This document shows, piece after piece, positions 33,931 through 43,634 of a DNA stretch of 64,000 bases. The notes below the pieces were generated by a model that saw only the letters and a list, made by a program, of their open reading frames with translations, had not been told where the DNA came from and made no database searches. Positions within the stretch are counted from its first letter, which is position 1; the number at the start of each line of letters is the position of its first letter. The stretch comes from an uncultured Gammaproteobacteria bacterium (GTDB lineage Bacteria; Patescibacteriota; Patescibacteriia; Magasanikbacterales; UBA922): positions 231,204-295,203 of the forward strand of contig OZ246405.1 of the NCBI GenBank assembly GCA_965231005.1. Reading direction: 5' to 3'. Position numbers and translations under genes: made by a program.

Positions 33931-35055
33931 ATGGAAGCATTCTCATCATTTACCTTTCTTCTCCTTCTTCTTTTTATTATTGCAGTAATTGTAATTATTT
34001 CTTTGTATAAGAAAATAAGTATGCTCCAAAAGAAGGACCAGCCCAATGACAATCTCTTTCTACTGTTGCAACAACAAATACAAGATCTGAACAAAACTGT
34101 TGATCAAAAAATGTCAGAGACAACAAAAACAATGCATAGGACGCAACAAGACATTAGCAAGACACTGCAAGAACAATTTGGGCAAAGCACAAAAATTATT
34201 CAAGGAATCACAGGGCAAAGTGCAAAAATGATTTCTGATATTACAGAGAAACTTACAAGTCTTGATAAAACAAATCAACAAGTTATTGGCTTTTCTGAAC
34301 AGTTGCACAATTTAGAAAAAGTTTTAAAACACCAAAAGCAACGAGGAAATCTTGGGGAAGCTGGATTGCAACTTGTTTTAGAAAATATTTTGCCACCAAC
34401 AGCATTTAATTTGCAGTACCAATTTGAAAATGGATCTGTTGTTGATGCTGTTGTTGTTACAAAAGATGGATTAATTCCAATTGATGCAAAGTTTTCACTC
34501 GATAATTATGAACGGCTTGTTCATGAAGAAGATGAACATAGAAAAAATGAATTGGAAAAAGAATTTAAAAATGATTTGAAAAAACGTATTGATGAAACAA
34601 GTAAATATATCCTTCCAAAATTTGGAACACTTGATTTTGCGTTTATGTTTATTCCGAGTGAGGCAATTTATTATGATTTACTTGTAAACGAAGTTGGTGC
34701 AGTAAAGGTCAACACACGAAGTCTCATTGATTATGCATTTAATGACAAAAAAGTTATTATTGTTTCTCCAACAACATTTGCAGCATACTTGCAAACAGTG
34801 TTGCAAGGACTGCGCGCTTTGAAGATTGAAGAAAGTGCAATAGGAATTAGAAAAAATGTTTCCCAGTTGCAAAAACATATCAAAGCATACGAAGATTATA
34901 TGAAAAAACTTGGTGGAAGTATGAGCACAACAGTAAATCATTACAATACTGCGTATAAAGAACTTGGAAAAATTGATAAAGATATTGTTCGAATAACAGA
35001 AGGGGAGAGAATCATTGATCCTGTTGCACTTGATAAACCAACATTAGAAGAATAG
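33931..35055 (+). CDS. rmuC: DNA recombination protein RmuC
   Basis: 374 aa with an N-terminal TM segment and a coiled coil. KQRGNLGEAGLQLVLENILP matches the conserved RmuC block. Confidence 0.8.
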   Translation: MEAFSSFTFLLLLLFIIAVIVIISLYKKISMLQKKDQPNDNLFLLLQQQIQDLNKTVDQKMSETTKTMHRTQQDISKTLQEQFGQSTKIIQGITGQSAKMISDITEKLTSLDKTNQQVIGFSEQLHNLEKVLKHQKQRGNLGEAGLQLVLENILPPTAFNLQYQFENGSVVDAVVVTKDGLIPIDAKFSLDNYERLVHEEDEHRKNELEKEFKNDLKKRIDETSKYILPKFGTLDFAFMFIPSEAIYYDLLVNEVGAVKVNTRSLIDYAFNDKKVIIVSPTTFAAYLQTVLQGLRALKIEESAIGIRKNVSQLQKHIKAYEDYMKKLGGSMSTTVNHYNTAYKELGKIDKDIVRITEGERIIDPVALDKPTLEE

Positions 35056-35056
35056 T

Positions 35057-35464
35057 ATGAGTGACAAGCTACCAAACTTTTTTGAAAACAGAAATGAACC
35101 ATGGCGCTTTGAAGATGTGTTAGATTTTATACGCACACATTTTGATGTAAAAGATAATGTTTCATATCGTGTTGGTGAAAAACAAAATAGTGCAGATGAA
35201 AACCAACGAGCACTTATTGTTTTGGCATATGCACAACTCATGAACTATACATTCAATCAAGTAAAAGCATTGTTTGCTGAACATGATCATTTTGCAATTG
35301 CAATGCCTGAAACAAGACAAGGAAGAAATATTTTGGAAGTTAATAATATTTATTCAAAACTTCTTAAAGAGGGATTGGATTACAATGTAAAAATAAATGA
35401 CGTACCCGAGTATTTTGAAATTCCAAATACTGTTTTAACAAAAAAAAGCGCGCGCCTTGCATAG
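35057..35464 (+). CDS. HopJ-type-III-effector-family (PF08888-like) protein
   Basis: 135 aa; FEDVLDFIRTHFDV...VGEKQNSADENQRALIVLAYAQL follows the HopJ-family pattern F-x5-I-x3-Y/F-D...GE-x2-N-x-A-x-EN...AYAQL. Confidence 0.45.
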   Translation: MSDKLPNFFENRNEPWRFEDVLDFIRTHFDVKDNVSYRVGEKQNSADENQRALIVLAYAQLMNYTFNQVKALFAEHDHFAIAMPETRQGRNILEVNNIYSKLLKEGLDYNVKINDVPEYFEIPNTVLTKKSARLA

Positions 35465-35513
35465 AGCAGAGACGCGCTTAGAAAACCCCCTTGTTCGTTC
35501 TTGTTCCGTTTTG

Positions 35514-36854
35514 TTATCCACCGACTCGATGTCGCACTTCCTGAAGCAGCTCTTGCACTCGCAGTGCTGCGTTTTTGTTTCTACCATGACGAGACATTGC
35601 CACGAGACTGAACTTGCCAGGAAGCAAACCTGTCATCAGCGGCAACACACCTTCGTCACCATCTGGAAGTAGATCTTTGATGGTTCGCTGCAGCTCAGCA
35701 AAGTCACTTACAGCACCCGAGGCTGGCCACACATTGCTCATGAGCACTGCCCATGCACCACCATGCGCTGCTTCGAGTTGATTGAGTACTGACTTGGGAT
35801 ACTGCGACGCAGTCATGCGCGGATTTGGATCCACGAACCGCCAGTCAAGCATTTGCCCGTTTCTCATTGCCGTGATTTCGTCGCGAGTCAGGTCAGTGTG
35901 ACTACCGAACTCAGTCTTTTTTCCGCAAATGCCAATGGCATCGCAGCCAATCTGACCTCGATAACCCATGAGCCACCAGATTTGTGCAATCCTTCGTCCA
36001 CGACGTTGCAAACACGCAAGATCGAACTTGCTGAAACCTGGGAGTGCATCTGCACTTGCAACCAAGTTGCCAGCATGATCTTTTCCGTGAAGAATGATCT
36101 GCGCGTTGACAAACACGTCCTCAACACCGTCGTCTGTCAAAGACATTTGCACTGCAGCATCGACAATGTCTGCGTATCCAGCTTCTGCCAGAATCTCAGT
36201 ACCTTGTCCATTGCAGTGCTCACGACCGTAGCCGTCAATGTCTGCCTGTGTTCTGACAATTGCAGTACCAACACCAGAAGCCCAGGCATCCCGCTTGAAA
36301 ACAGAAAAGTCCGGAGACTTGATAGTGTGGTTCACTCGCATGAGCGTTGCATGTGCTGCATGAAGTTCTGCTGCACTCGAGCAAATGCGAGCAGGAACAA
36401 CAATGTAGTCCATGCCGCAAAGACGAGCCATTCTGTGAAACGCAATCTTCGATTCGATTTGCTGCGTCACCGATGCTTTGGCGCTCCACACGTGCTGAGA
36501 TGAAAGTCCCAGCTCGCACGTCACATCAGCTTCACGCTGACCAACATAGAAGTACTGCAGTCGCAGGTCACCTTGAGACCGAACATGATGTTGAATCGTG
36601 TCTGCATGTCTGCCAGAAGTGACACCGCCGTATACATCCTCAAGCGGTACAACGTGCTCTGCACCAAGGCCGTTTTTCCTCCACAAACGATGCTCGTTTG
36701 GGATCTCTCCAGTGGCAGAAACGAATGCGATTGGCACGTCCATGGAAATGCCGCGGCCGCCGTATGGACCAACATTGAGCCCTGGCAAAAAGCCAAAGGC
36801 ACTTTCTAGGCACCATACGCCGACCAGAGCTGGTCGCTTTCTTTTATGTCCCAT
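35514..36854 (-). CDS. ATP-grasp-like ligase family protein B (high-GC islet)
   Basis: The start is at ATG 36854 (MGHKRKRPALVG...), which has the SD aaggggaaag. The C-terminal LMGYRGQIGCDAIGI block is homologous to protein A (IGYRGWADIDWAIL). The opposite-strand ORF 35853..36503 is an antisense artefact of the high GC content. Confidence 0.55.
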   Translation of the reverse strand: MGHKRKRPALVGVWCLESAFGFLPGLNVGPYGGRGISMDVPIAFVSATGEIPNEHRLWRKNGLGAEHVVPLEDVYGGVTSGRHADTIQHHVRSQGDLRLQYFYVGQREADVTCELGLSSQHVWSAKASVTQQIESKIAFHRMARLCGMDYIVVPARICSSAAELHAAHATLMRVNHTIKSPDFSVFKRDAWASGVGTAIVRTQADIDGYGREHCNGQGTEILAEAGYADIVDAAVQMSLTDDGVEDVFVNAQIILHGKDHAGNLVASADALPGFSKFDLACLQRRGRRIAQIWWLMGYRGQIGCDAIGICGKKTEFGSHTDLTRDEITAMRNGQMLDWRFVDPNPRMTASQYPKSVLNQLEAAHGGAWAVLMSNVWPASGAVSDFAELQRTIKDLLPDGDEGVLPLMTGLLPGKFSLVAMSRHGRNKNAALRVQELLQEVRHRVGG

Positions 36855-37273
36855 TGTTCTTTCCCCTTGTGTTGAACGTGAATGGATAAAAGCTCTTTTT
36901 GTTAATAAGAGCCTTCTAAGATGTACAGCATACACCTGAGTAGGCTCTTATTTTTCTGGATTAGGTTACTACAGAAAATTGATTTGAGCAAGATTTGTAA
37001 TGAACGAAATAAAAAACACCGCTGAGCGGTGATTCTTTTGTATGTCTTATTTACTTAAGCACATGTACAAAAACCACCGCTTCTGGTGAGAAGGAGGAGG
37101 TTTAGGAGAAGATGTGATTTGTGCCTCATATTCATATATTTTTATCCTAGCACGACGTGTTTGATCATGCAAGTAAAACAAAAAAAGTCCAAAAATGGAC
37201 TTCTTTTGTTGGCGCCCAAGTTTATTAGACTCAGGCACCCTCCTTTTTCTTGATTTTCCTTGTACTGTGATGA

Positions 37274-38875
37274 CTACTCTCCGACGGCCATCAGCTGAAC
37301 CAGACCGAAGAGCCAAAGCGCATGATCAGACAGCTGCTGCATGGACGTGAGCTCCTTCTCACTCTCGGGCGCGAAGTAGCCCGTACCGAGATTGACAAGG
37401 CCGATCTTGTTGTCCAGGAATGCGTCAATACCAGTGCCACCGCGAATCGGTGTGACGTTCACCGGGAGTCCGAGCTGCTCTGCAGCCTCGACTGCGAATT
37501 CACGGAGGTGAAGGAAGGACTGCATCTCAGGCCCCATGTTGCGGTACTGAGGAGTCAGCTCCACGAAGACCAGCTCATGATCGTGCTGGAGCTGGAGCAA
37601 GTCCAGTCCGCGTCGATTGAACCCCTCTTCAGTGAAGTCACGAATGCGGAAGAAAAGATGCCAGCCATTTCCATCTTCGTCCGGCTTGATATCGAACGGA
37701 TTGGTGTAGCCCTGGAATCCCTCGCTGTCTTCCGGAAGAACCGGCTGAGTGACCCGATCATGGCAGAGGAAATCCCAGACAAGACCGAACAACCGATCCA
37801 GACTCTTGTCGAGCGAGTCCACAACTGGAGAATCCTTGTGCAGTTCGAGCCGAGCACCGAGAGGTTGGTGCATCTCGAGCTGACCGCGAATCAGGTCGAG
37901 CGCTCGATCCAACGCATCGTCAGCAGCCGCTTCATCATCATCTTCGAAGCAGTAGGAGAGGCAGACATCTGCAACACACTCGTTGAGCGGATCACCCTTG
38001 AAATCACTGACCCACACACGACCCATCTGCTCGTGGACACGAGCGAGCACAGTGATTGGATTCAGACCGCGCTCAGCCTTGGCAGTTGCACCGTGCGTCT
38101 TCACACCGTGGATGCGAATACGCTGGGTCATGATTTCCTCGCTGCCGTTGTTGTCACCACCCCAGGTCTTCATGTGCACATCACCGAGCGCAGCATTGAA
38201 GTTCTCCAGACTGATCTCAAACGAGGCAATGCCGTCGACTGTGTACCCATGCGTCACACCCTGTGCTGCCAGCCACTTGGCCAGGTCAGCAACAGCTTCG
38301 TCTCGACCGATTTCCTCGTCAGCCCGACCAATGATGTAGATCGGCGGGTGAGGGGCGTCTTTGTTCGTGTGAAGCAGGTGTGCCAGGGTCATGAGATGGG
38401 TCAGGCCGAGTTTGTCGTCCAAACCGAACGGCGCCTTTCCAGGACCGTGCAGCACATCCTGCCCCACAAAGCCGTCGAGTTCTGGGTAGAGGTCGAGCGA
38501 GACGTTGATGTTGCTGTTCAGCGAGTAGTTGAGAGGCGAACCATTCCACTTGGGAACCTTGGTCAAAACCTCAACAGCTTCAGTGCCCTTTGCTGTATCC
38601 ATGTGAATCATGAACGCAACAGGCGGAGCATCAGAGTGGCGGGCACGCTTGTAAGCGATCATATTGCCTGTCTTCTCGCGCACTTTTGCTTGAAATCCTC
38701 GAGCGCGGAAGAAGACCTCGAGCATCCTGGCGAGCTCGAGCTGGCCTGTGGTGCTCGGAATCGTCTGACTGTGTTCGTCACTCTGAGAATCGATTCTCAG
38801 TGCCTTCATCAGGTGCATGTGTGCGACCATCGCGATAGCCGAAGCAGACTGAGTCGGAAGAATAAACTGGCTCAT
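37274..38875 (-). CDS. M20-family metallopeptidase, peptidase T (PepT)-like, with insertions (high-GC islet)
   Basis: The start is at ATG 38875 (MSQFILPTQ), which has the SD aggagg. The M20 metal-ligand motifs are present: AFMIHMDTAKG, GLDDKLGL, IGRADEEIG and IRGGTGIDAF. The opposite-strand 526-aa ORF was rejected. Confidence 0.65.
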   Translation of the reverse strand: MSQFILPTQSASAIAMVAHMHLMKALRIDSQSDEHSQTIPSTTGQLELARMLEVFFRARGFQAKVREKTGNMIAYKRARHSDAPPVAFMIHMDTAKGTEAVEVLTKVPKWNGSPLNYSLNSNINVSLDLYPELDGFVGQDVLHGPGKAPFGLDDKLGLTHLMTLAHLLHTNKDAPHPPIYIIGRADEEIGRDEAVADLAKWLAAQGVTHGYTVDGIASFEISLENFNAALGDVHMKTWGGDNNGSEEIMTQRIRIHGVKTHGATAKAERGLNPITVLARVHEQMGRVWVSDFKGDPLNECVADVCLSYCFEDDDEAAADDALDRALDLIRGQLEMHQPLGARLELHKDSPVVDSLDKSLDRLFGLVWDFLCHDRVTQPVLPEDSEGFQGYTNPFDIKPDEDGNGWHLFFRIRDFTEEGFNRRGLDLLQLQHDHELVFVELTPQYRNMGPEMQSFLHLREFAVEAAEQLGLPVNVTPIRGGTGIDAFLDNKIGLVNLGTGYFAPESEKELTSMQQLSDHALWLFGLVQLMAVGE

Positions 38876-38974
38876 TGTGGACCTCCTGGTCTTGGGTTTT
38901 GAGCGACCCTTGTGAAAATCGAACCGCATCAATAAAACCAGTTTTTTAGCACTTTGTCAAGAAGAAAAATGCGC

Positions 38975-39015
38975 AAAAAGCCATAAATGCCGCAAAGGTC
39001 TTAAAAGCATTTACT
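38975..39015. promoter_or_regulatory. phased GCCATAAATGC / CCTTTA-type repeats upstream of rpsT and the M20 gene
   Basis: aaagccataaatgccgcaaaggtcttaaaagcatttac belongs to the same family as the 16035-16125 array. TTGACA-N15-TATCATATATACT at 39029-39061 is the probable rpsT promoter. Confidence 0.45.
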
Positions 39016-39118
39016 GGGATTCTGCCCTTGACAATTAGGCACTTATCATATATACTCTCCACACGATAAAAAAGGGATGCTCTCGCCCTAATGAACAAGT
39101 AAACCAATTAACGAACCT

Positions 39119-39379
39119 ATGCCTAATTTACAAGCTGCAAAAAAAGCGCTTCGTCAAACAAAAAAACGAGCTCTTGCAAACAAAACAGTAAAAAATGCCT
39201 ATAAAGACGCTGTAAAGACTGCCCAAAAAGGTATTCTTGCTGGAAAGGAAGTTGCAGAAGAACTTCGATTGGCACAAAAAAAACTCGACAAAGCTGCCAA
39301 GAAAGGTGTTATTAAGAAAAATACTGCTGCAAGAAAGCTCTCACGATTGATGAAGAAAGCAAACGCAACAAAAAAATAA
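39119..39379 (+). CDS. rpsT: 30S ribosomal protein S20
   Basis: 86 aa; MPNLQAAKKALRQTKKRALANKTVKNAYKDAVK is the S20 pattern. Confidence 0.9.
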   Translation: MPNLQAAKKALRQTKKRALANKTVKNAYKDAVKTAQKGILAGKEVAEELRLAQKKLDKAAKKGVIKKNTAARKLSRLMKKANATKK

Positions 39380-40357
39380 TTAGACTTGTTTGTAGACCAT
39401 CTGTCCAACAAACATATCAATAAGCAATGACTGGTCACCCTGACCAGTTTTTGTTTTGATATCAATATCGAGCAATTGCTCATATGATGTTCGAAGCTCT
39501 GAAAGTGGGTACCTTTTAACCATTCCTAAGGATTTTTTTACAACGAATGGATGGAGTCCGAGTTTTTTTGCAACAGCTGTACTATTTTGTAATTCATCTC
39601 GATCATACAAATCTCTTAGTTGCAATAAAATGCGAAATTGTCGAATAAGCATGGCAAGAATATATCCTGGATCTTTCCCAGTTCTGTACTGCTCTTGCAA
39701 CATTGCAAATACTTTTTTTTGCTGTCCAGCAACAATTGCGTCGACAAGGGTAAAAATATTATCGTCCTCTTTTTTTTCTACAAATAATGCAACATCTTTG
39801 CGCTCTATTGTTTTACCTGCACAGTACGAAATAAGTTGATCAATTACTGTATTAATTCTCCACATGTCTTCGCCAACATGTTCTATAAGATAGTGAATTG
39901 CATCATGTTCTATTTTCCCACCTCGCTCAGCAACTTCTACAGAAATCCATGCTTCTAATTTTTTTCCAGAGAGAAGATCGAATTGTTGTGCATACTTTTC
40001 TTGTTGCAACCGTTCAAATAATTTTTTTGCATCTTTTGTTTTTGCTTTTTCAATTGCTTCCCAAAAAATAATGACTGTTTGATCTGACAATGTTTTTTCT
40101 TCAATTCTCTTTTGTATTTCTTGTTGAATTTCACTGTGCTTTGTTGCAAGTAAATGTTCAACAACAACCATACGTTTTTCAGCCAAAAATGGTGTCGCAA
40201 GAATTTGCTCAATAATCATTCCTGGTTTTTCTAATTCTGCATTCACAATCACAACATTAAGACCTTGTGGATCGCGATCTTGCTTAAACTTTGCAATCAT
40301 TTTTTTTACTTGTTGACGCGAACGAAATGTGTCTTTGCCGTACAAAAATAAAATCAT
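39380..40357 (-). CDS. holA: DNA polymerase III delta subunit
   Basis: The start is at ATG 40357 (MILFLYGKDTFRSRQQV). The clamp-loader delta N-terminal pattern and the overall length are consistent with HolA. Confidence 0.7.
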   Translation of the reverse strand: MILFLYGKDTFRSRQQVKKMIAKFKQDRDPQGLNVVIVNAELEKPGMIIEQILATPFLAEKRMVVVEHLLATKHSEIQQEIQKRIEEKTLSDQTVIIFWEAIEKAKTKDAKKLFERLQQEKYAQQFDLLSGKKLEAWISVEVAERGGKIEHDAIHYLIEHVGEDMWRINTVIDQLISYCAGKTIERKDVALFVEKKEDDNIFTLVDAIVAGQQKKVFAMLQEQYRTGKDPGYILAMLIRQFRILLQLRDLYDRDELQNSTAVAKKLGLHPFVVKKSLGMVKRYPLSELRTSYEQLLDIDIKTKTGQGDQSLLIDMFVGQMVYKQV

Positions 40358-40481
40358 ACTACGTATTGCTATTTGTATGAGTAGGATATATCTCCAACAT
40401 AACATTGTCAATGATATATTAAAGCTTCCTCATGAACCATCCACGTGATATACTCATATAAATAATATATAGTATATACAT

Positions 40482-40901
40482 ATGAATATTCCTTTTTCAC
40501 ACAAAAATTTAAAGGACCATCCAATGATAGCAAGCAAGAAAAAGCTTACCGTTGGACAACGAGCTTCTGATGGATTGAGTGAATTCATGGGAAGCTGGTC
40601 ATTTTTGTTTTTATTTTTGATTTTTCTCGGTATTTGGATGGCACTCAATGCCGTAGCCTGGTACAAACATTGGGATCCATATCCATTTATTTTATTGAAT
40701 CTTGTTCTTTCTTGTATTTCTGCTCTTCAAGCACCAATCATTTTGATGAGCCAAAACAGACAGGCAGAACGAGACAGAATTGAAGCAAAGTATGACTATG
40801 CCGTAAACAGAAAAACAGAGCGTGAAGTTAGCGATATGCAAGCTGACTTAGAAGAAATTAAAAAACTTATAAGAAAACTAGATAAGGCAAAGAAAAAATA
40901 A
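40482..40901 (+). CDS. DUF1003-family membrane protein
   Basis: It has two TM helices (FLFLFLIFLGIWMALNAVAWY..) and a charged coiled-coil C-terminus. An alternative start is MIASKKK (40524). Confidence 0.5.
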   Translation: MNIPFSHKNLKDHPMIASKKKLTVGQRASDGLSEFMGSWSFLFLFLIFLGIWMALNAVAWYKHWDPYPFILLNLVLSCISALQAPIILMSQNRQAERDRIEAKYDYAVNRKTEREVSDMQADLEEIKKLIRKLDKAKKK

Positions 40902-40905
40902 CCGT

Positions 40906-42126
40906 ATGAGCAAACTGAATAAGACTGATATCGTCATACTTGGGGCAGGGATAGGTGGATATGAAACATTTCGCTCACTTGCGAAACAGCTCAAACGTAA
41001 ACGAATCAAAAAAACAATCACACTTGTAGACAAAAATAATTATTTTACGTTTACTCCAATGCTACATGAAGTGGCTTCTGGTGCTGTTGAGCCAAGTCAC
41101 TGTGCAATTCCACTTCGCGAACTTGTATATAACACTCCGCACACATTTCTTCGTGCAGAGGTAGAGGCTATTGATCCAAAAAAACAAATTGTAAAAACAT
41201 CAAAAGGTTCTCTTTCTTATGAGTACTGTGTTGTTGCACTTGGAAGTAGAACAAATTATTTTAATGTTCCCGGAGCAAAGGAGCACAGTCATCATGTTCG
41301 TGATCTGCAAAGCGCCATTGATTTGCAAGAAGCAATTGTAGAAAAACTTGAAGATCCTCACATTTCTGATCTCCAAGTGACTGTCGTTGGTGGTGGTTTT
41401 ACTGGTGTTGAAGTTGCAGGACAACTCTGTGACATGTTTCATACAGATGCAAAAAAATTGTACAAAGAAAAAACACTAACAGTAAATGTAATTGAATCTG
41501 GTGAGACAGTATTAAAACACATGCCAAATATTGTCCGAAGAAAAATTACAAATAGATTGGAAAAAAATGGCGTTCACATCCACAATAACTGTCGAGTTAA
41601 AAAAGTAACAGAGAATGAAGTATTTCTAAATACCGAAAAAACATTAAAAAGTCATATTACTGTTTGGTGTGGAGGATTTAAAAATATCGCAGGAGAATTT
41701 TTGCCTGAAGAATACACAGATCGGGGAAGAATACCTGTTACAAGCTGTTTAAAGCATGAAAAAATAAGTACATTGTATGCAGTTGGAGATATTGTTTTAT
41801 TTACCGATGGAAAAACTGGATTGATTGCACCACAACTTGGTGAAGCAGCACATAAAGAAGGACAATACGTTGCAAAAAATATTGTTGCAACAATAAAAAA
41901 GAAAACATGTAAACCGTTTTTCTTTAAACCGCACGGCACACTTATCCCTGTTGGTGATTGGTATGGCGCAGCAATTATTGGGCACATTATTTTCTTTGGC
42001 AGATTTGCATGGTGGATTCGTAGAACAACATACTTACTTTTTATGCCTGGAATAAAACGAAAAATTAAAATTATGATTGATTGGACATTGCATATGTTCG
42101 GATTCAGATATATAATAGATCTATAA
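40906..42126 (+). CDS. type II NADH:quinone oxidoreductase / FAD-dependent pyridine nucleotide-disulfide oxidoreductase
   Basis: It has two Rossmann motifs: IVILGAGIGGYETF and VTVVGGGFTGVEVAGQL. Confidence 0.8.
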   Translation: MSKLNKTDIVILGAGIGGYETFRSLAKQLKRKRIKKTITLVDKNNYFTFTPMLHEVASGAVEPSHCAIPLRELVYNTPHTFLRAEVEAIDPKKQIVKTSKGSLSYEYCVVALGSRTNYFNVPGAKEHSHHVRDLQSAIDLQEAIVEKLEDPHISDLQVTVVGGGFTGVEVAGQLCDMFHTDAKKLYKEKTLTVNVIESGETVLKHMPNIVRRKITNRLEKNGVHIHNNCRVKKVTENEVFLNTEKTLKSHITVWCGGFKNIAGEFLPEEYTDRGRIPVTSCLKHEKISTLYAVGDIVLFTDGKTGLIAPQLGEAAHKEGQYVAKNIVATIKKKTCKPFFFKPHGTLIPVGDWYGAAIIGHIIFFGRFAWWIRRTTYLLFMPGIKRKIKIMIDWTLHMFGFRYIIDL

Positions 42127-42194
42127 AGAAGTGTGTAGCGTGTAGTGTTTACGTATACTTTCGTTACATCTATTTATTTTTAATTCATACACGT

Positions 42195-42626
42195 ATGAAA
42201 AAACTCATATGTTGTGGTGATCCTGCAAACATGAAGAAGTGGGGACTATTTCTCCTTCGTCTTTCTGTAGGTCTTATCTTCATCTATCACGGATGGGGTA
42301 AGCTCACCAACATTGAAGCAACCATTGGTTTCTTCACATCACTAAGTTTTCCAGGTGCAGCCTTTTGGGCATACTTGGTCGCGCTTATTGAGTTCTTGGG
42401 TGGTCTAGCAGTTGTACTCGGAATCTGGGTACGTTTTGCTGCAAAACTCCTTGCAATCATCATGATTGTGGCACTTCTCACAGTCCACATGAAGATGGGA
42501 TTTGCACAATCAGAGCTCGTTATCGCATTGCTTGGTTCAACCCTCGCCATTTCCATGCTTGGTGGTGGAGACTGGCAATGGATGAAAGACAACGAGTGCG
42601 TCCCAATGTGTGTTTCGAAGAAGTAG
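42195..42626 (+). CDS. DoxX-family membrane protein
   Basis: The start was trimmed to MKKLICC after the upstream stop. It has four TM helices with the YHGWGKL and LIEFLGGLAVVLGIW DoxX-like pattern. Confidence 0.6.
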   Translation: MKKLICCGDPANMKKWGLFLLRLSVGLIFIYHGWGKLTNIEATIGFFTSLSFPGAAFWAYLVALIEFLGGLAVVLGIWVRFAAKLLAIIMIVALLTVHMKMGFAQSELVIALLGSTLAISMLGGGDWQWMKDNECVPMCVSKK

Positions 42627-42644
42627 AAGACACATATATACTGA

Positions 42645-42673
42645 AAATCTCCCTAAAAATGGGAGATTTTTTG
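42645..42673 (+). terminator. Rho-independent terminator
   Basis: aaatctccctaaaaatgggagatttttt. Confidence 0.7.
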
Positions 42674-42768
42674 TTTGGAGCCAGGTATTTAGCTTTACAA
42701 AGCAGTATTTTTGTGGTACGCTCGCCACAGAACACATACACGGCCAATCCATGGCCTAAGGGGGTAGT

Positions 42769-43500
42769 ATGATGTCTTCACACGATACAAACGTATCTAG
42801 TGGCAGCGCAGTTTCAACACCGCGCCGATCTGGATCACAGAAGATGCGCGCAAGGCCTGCACGTCTTCCAAGAGCACAGCATGCATCAGTGCGAACTGCA
42901 CTCGAAGAATGTTGGAAACGGTTCGCACCAGAAGGAACAACACTGACTAACACTGCTGACGGACGAGAGCCAGTACTCCTTCGTTCCTTCCTCATGCTGA
43001 TAATGCACGAAGTTGTTTTCATGAGCGTCGAGGACATTGCAGAACTGCTTGGCTCAAGAAACTCACAAGGGGTTCACTACCAGATCCAGGCTCTTCGATC
43101 CAAAATCAGCCAAGATCCAAGCCTGACCGTGCGTATCAATGAGACTGCTGCTCTGTTCTTCGACACCTCGCCGTCTCTGATCTATGCAAAACCAAGCCAA
43201 GTGGTTGCTGCTGTCTCTGAGCACTATCGCACGCCAAGAAATGATCTGCTCAAAAAAGAAGACGGCAGAAAAGAGACGCGAGAGCGACAAATCCTGATGT
43301 ACATGCTCAGAACGCATGCTCGCATGAAGTTCAGGCAGATCAAGGAAATGCTAGGGATCAGAAACCGACAAAATGTACACCAGGCAATTGGCGGCGTCCA
43401 ACGAAAGATCGAATCAGATCCTGACGTTGCTGATGAAATCCGCCACATCGCTGGTAAACTTCCGCAACAGAGCCACATCAGCGACACAGAGGCTGCATGA
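42769..43500 (+). CDS. protein composed of two tandem DnaA C-terminal (domain IV, Bac_DnaA_C-like) HTH domains, no AAA+ domain (high-GC islet)
   Basis: Repeat 1 is RSFLMLIMHEVVFMSVEDIAELLGSRNSQGVHYQIQALRSKI. Repeat 2 is RERQILMYMLRTHARMKFRQIKEMLGIRNRQNVHQAIGGVQRKIESDPDVADEIRHI. Both align with this window's own DnaA domain IV ([38 protein letters not shown]). The SD aagggggt is present upstream. Confidence 0.6.
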   Translation: MMSSHDTNVSSGSAVSTPRRSGSQKMRARPARLPRAQHASVRTALEECWKRFAPEGTTLTNTADGREPVLLRSFLMLIMHEVVFMSVEDIAELLGSRNSQGVHYQIQALRSKISQDPSLTVRINETAALFFDTSPSLIYAKPSQVVAAVSEHYRTPRNDLLKKEDGRKETRERQILMYMLRTHARMKFRQIKEMLGIRNRQNVHQAIGGVQRKIESDPDVADEIRHIAGKLPQQSHISDTEAA

Positions 43501-43594
43501 TTCAGACATCATACAAACAACACAAGGAGGGTGGAGGTGGTTGCAAATCATCTCTCACCAACTACACTCTTTTAACAAAAGATTGTTGAGGAAT

Positions 43595-43623
43595 AAAAAA
43601 TCTCCAAAGCGGAGATTTTTTGT
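43595..43623. terminator. bidirectional terminator between the DnaA_C-domain gene and polA
   Basis: aaaaaatctccaaagcggagattttttg. Confidence 0.7.
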
Positions 43624-43634
43624 TTGTTTAACTG

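Noticed and set aside
35853-36503. 216-aa plus-strand ORF opposite the ATP-grasp-like gene B
   Set aside because: It is an antisense artefact; the minus-strand frame is homologous to ligase A and has an SD.
37322-38902. 526-aa plus-strand ORF opposite the M20 peptidase gene
   Set aside because: The minus-strand frame carries the M20 metal-ligand motifs (HMDT, DDK, EE, RGGTG) and a proper aggagg SD. The plus-strand frame has no recognisable motifs and is a high-GC antisense artefact.
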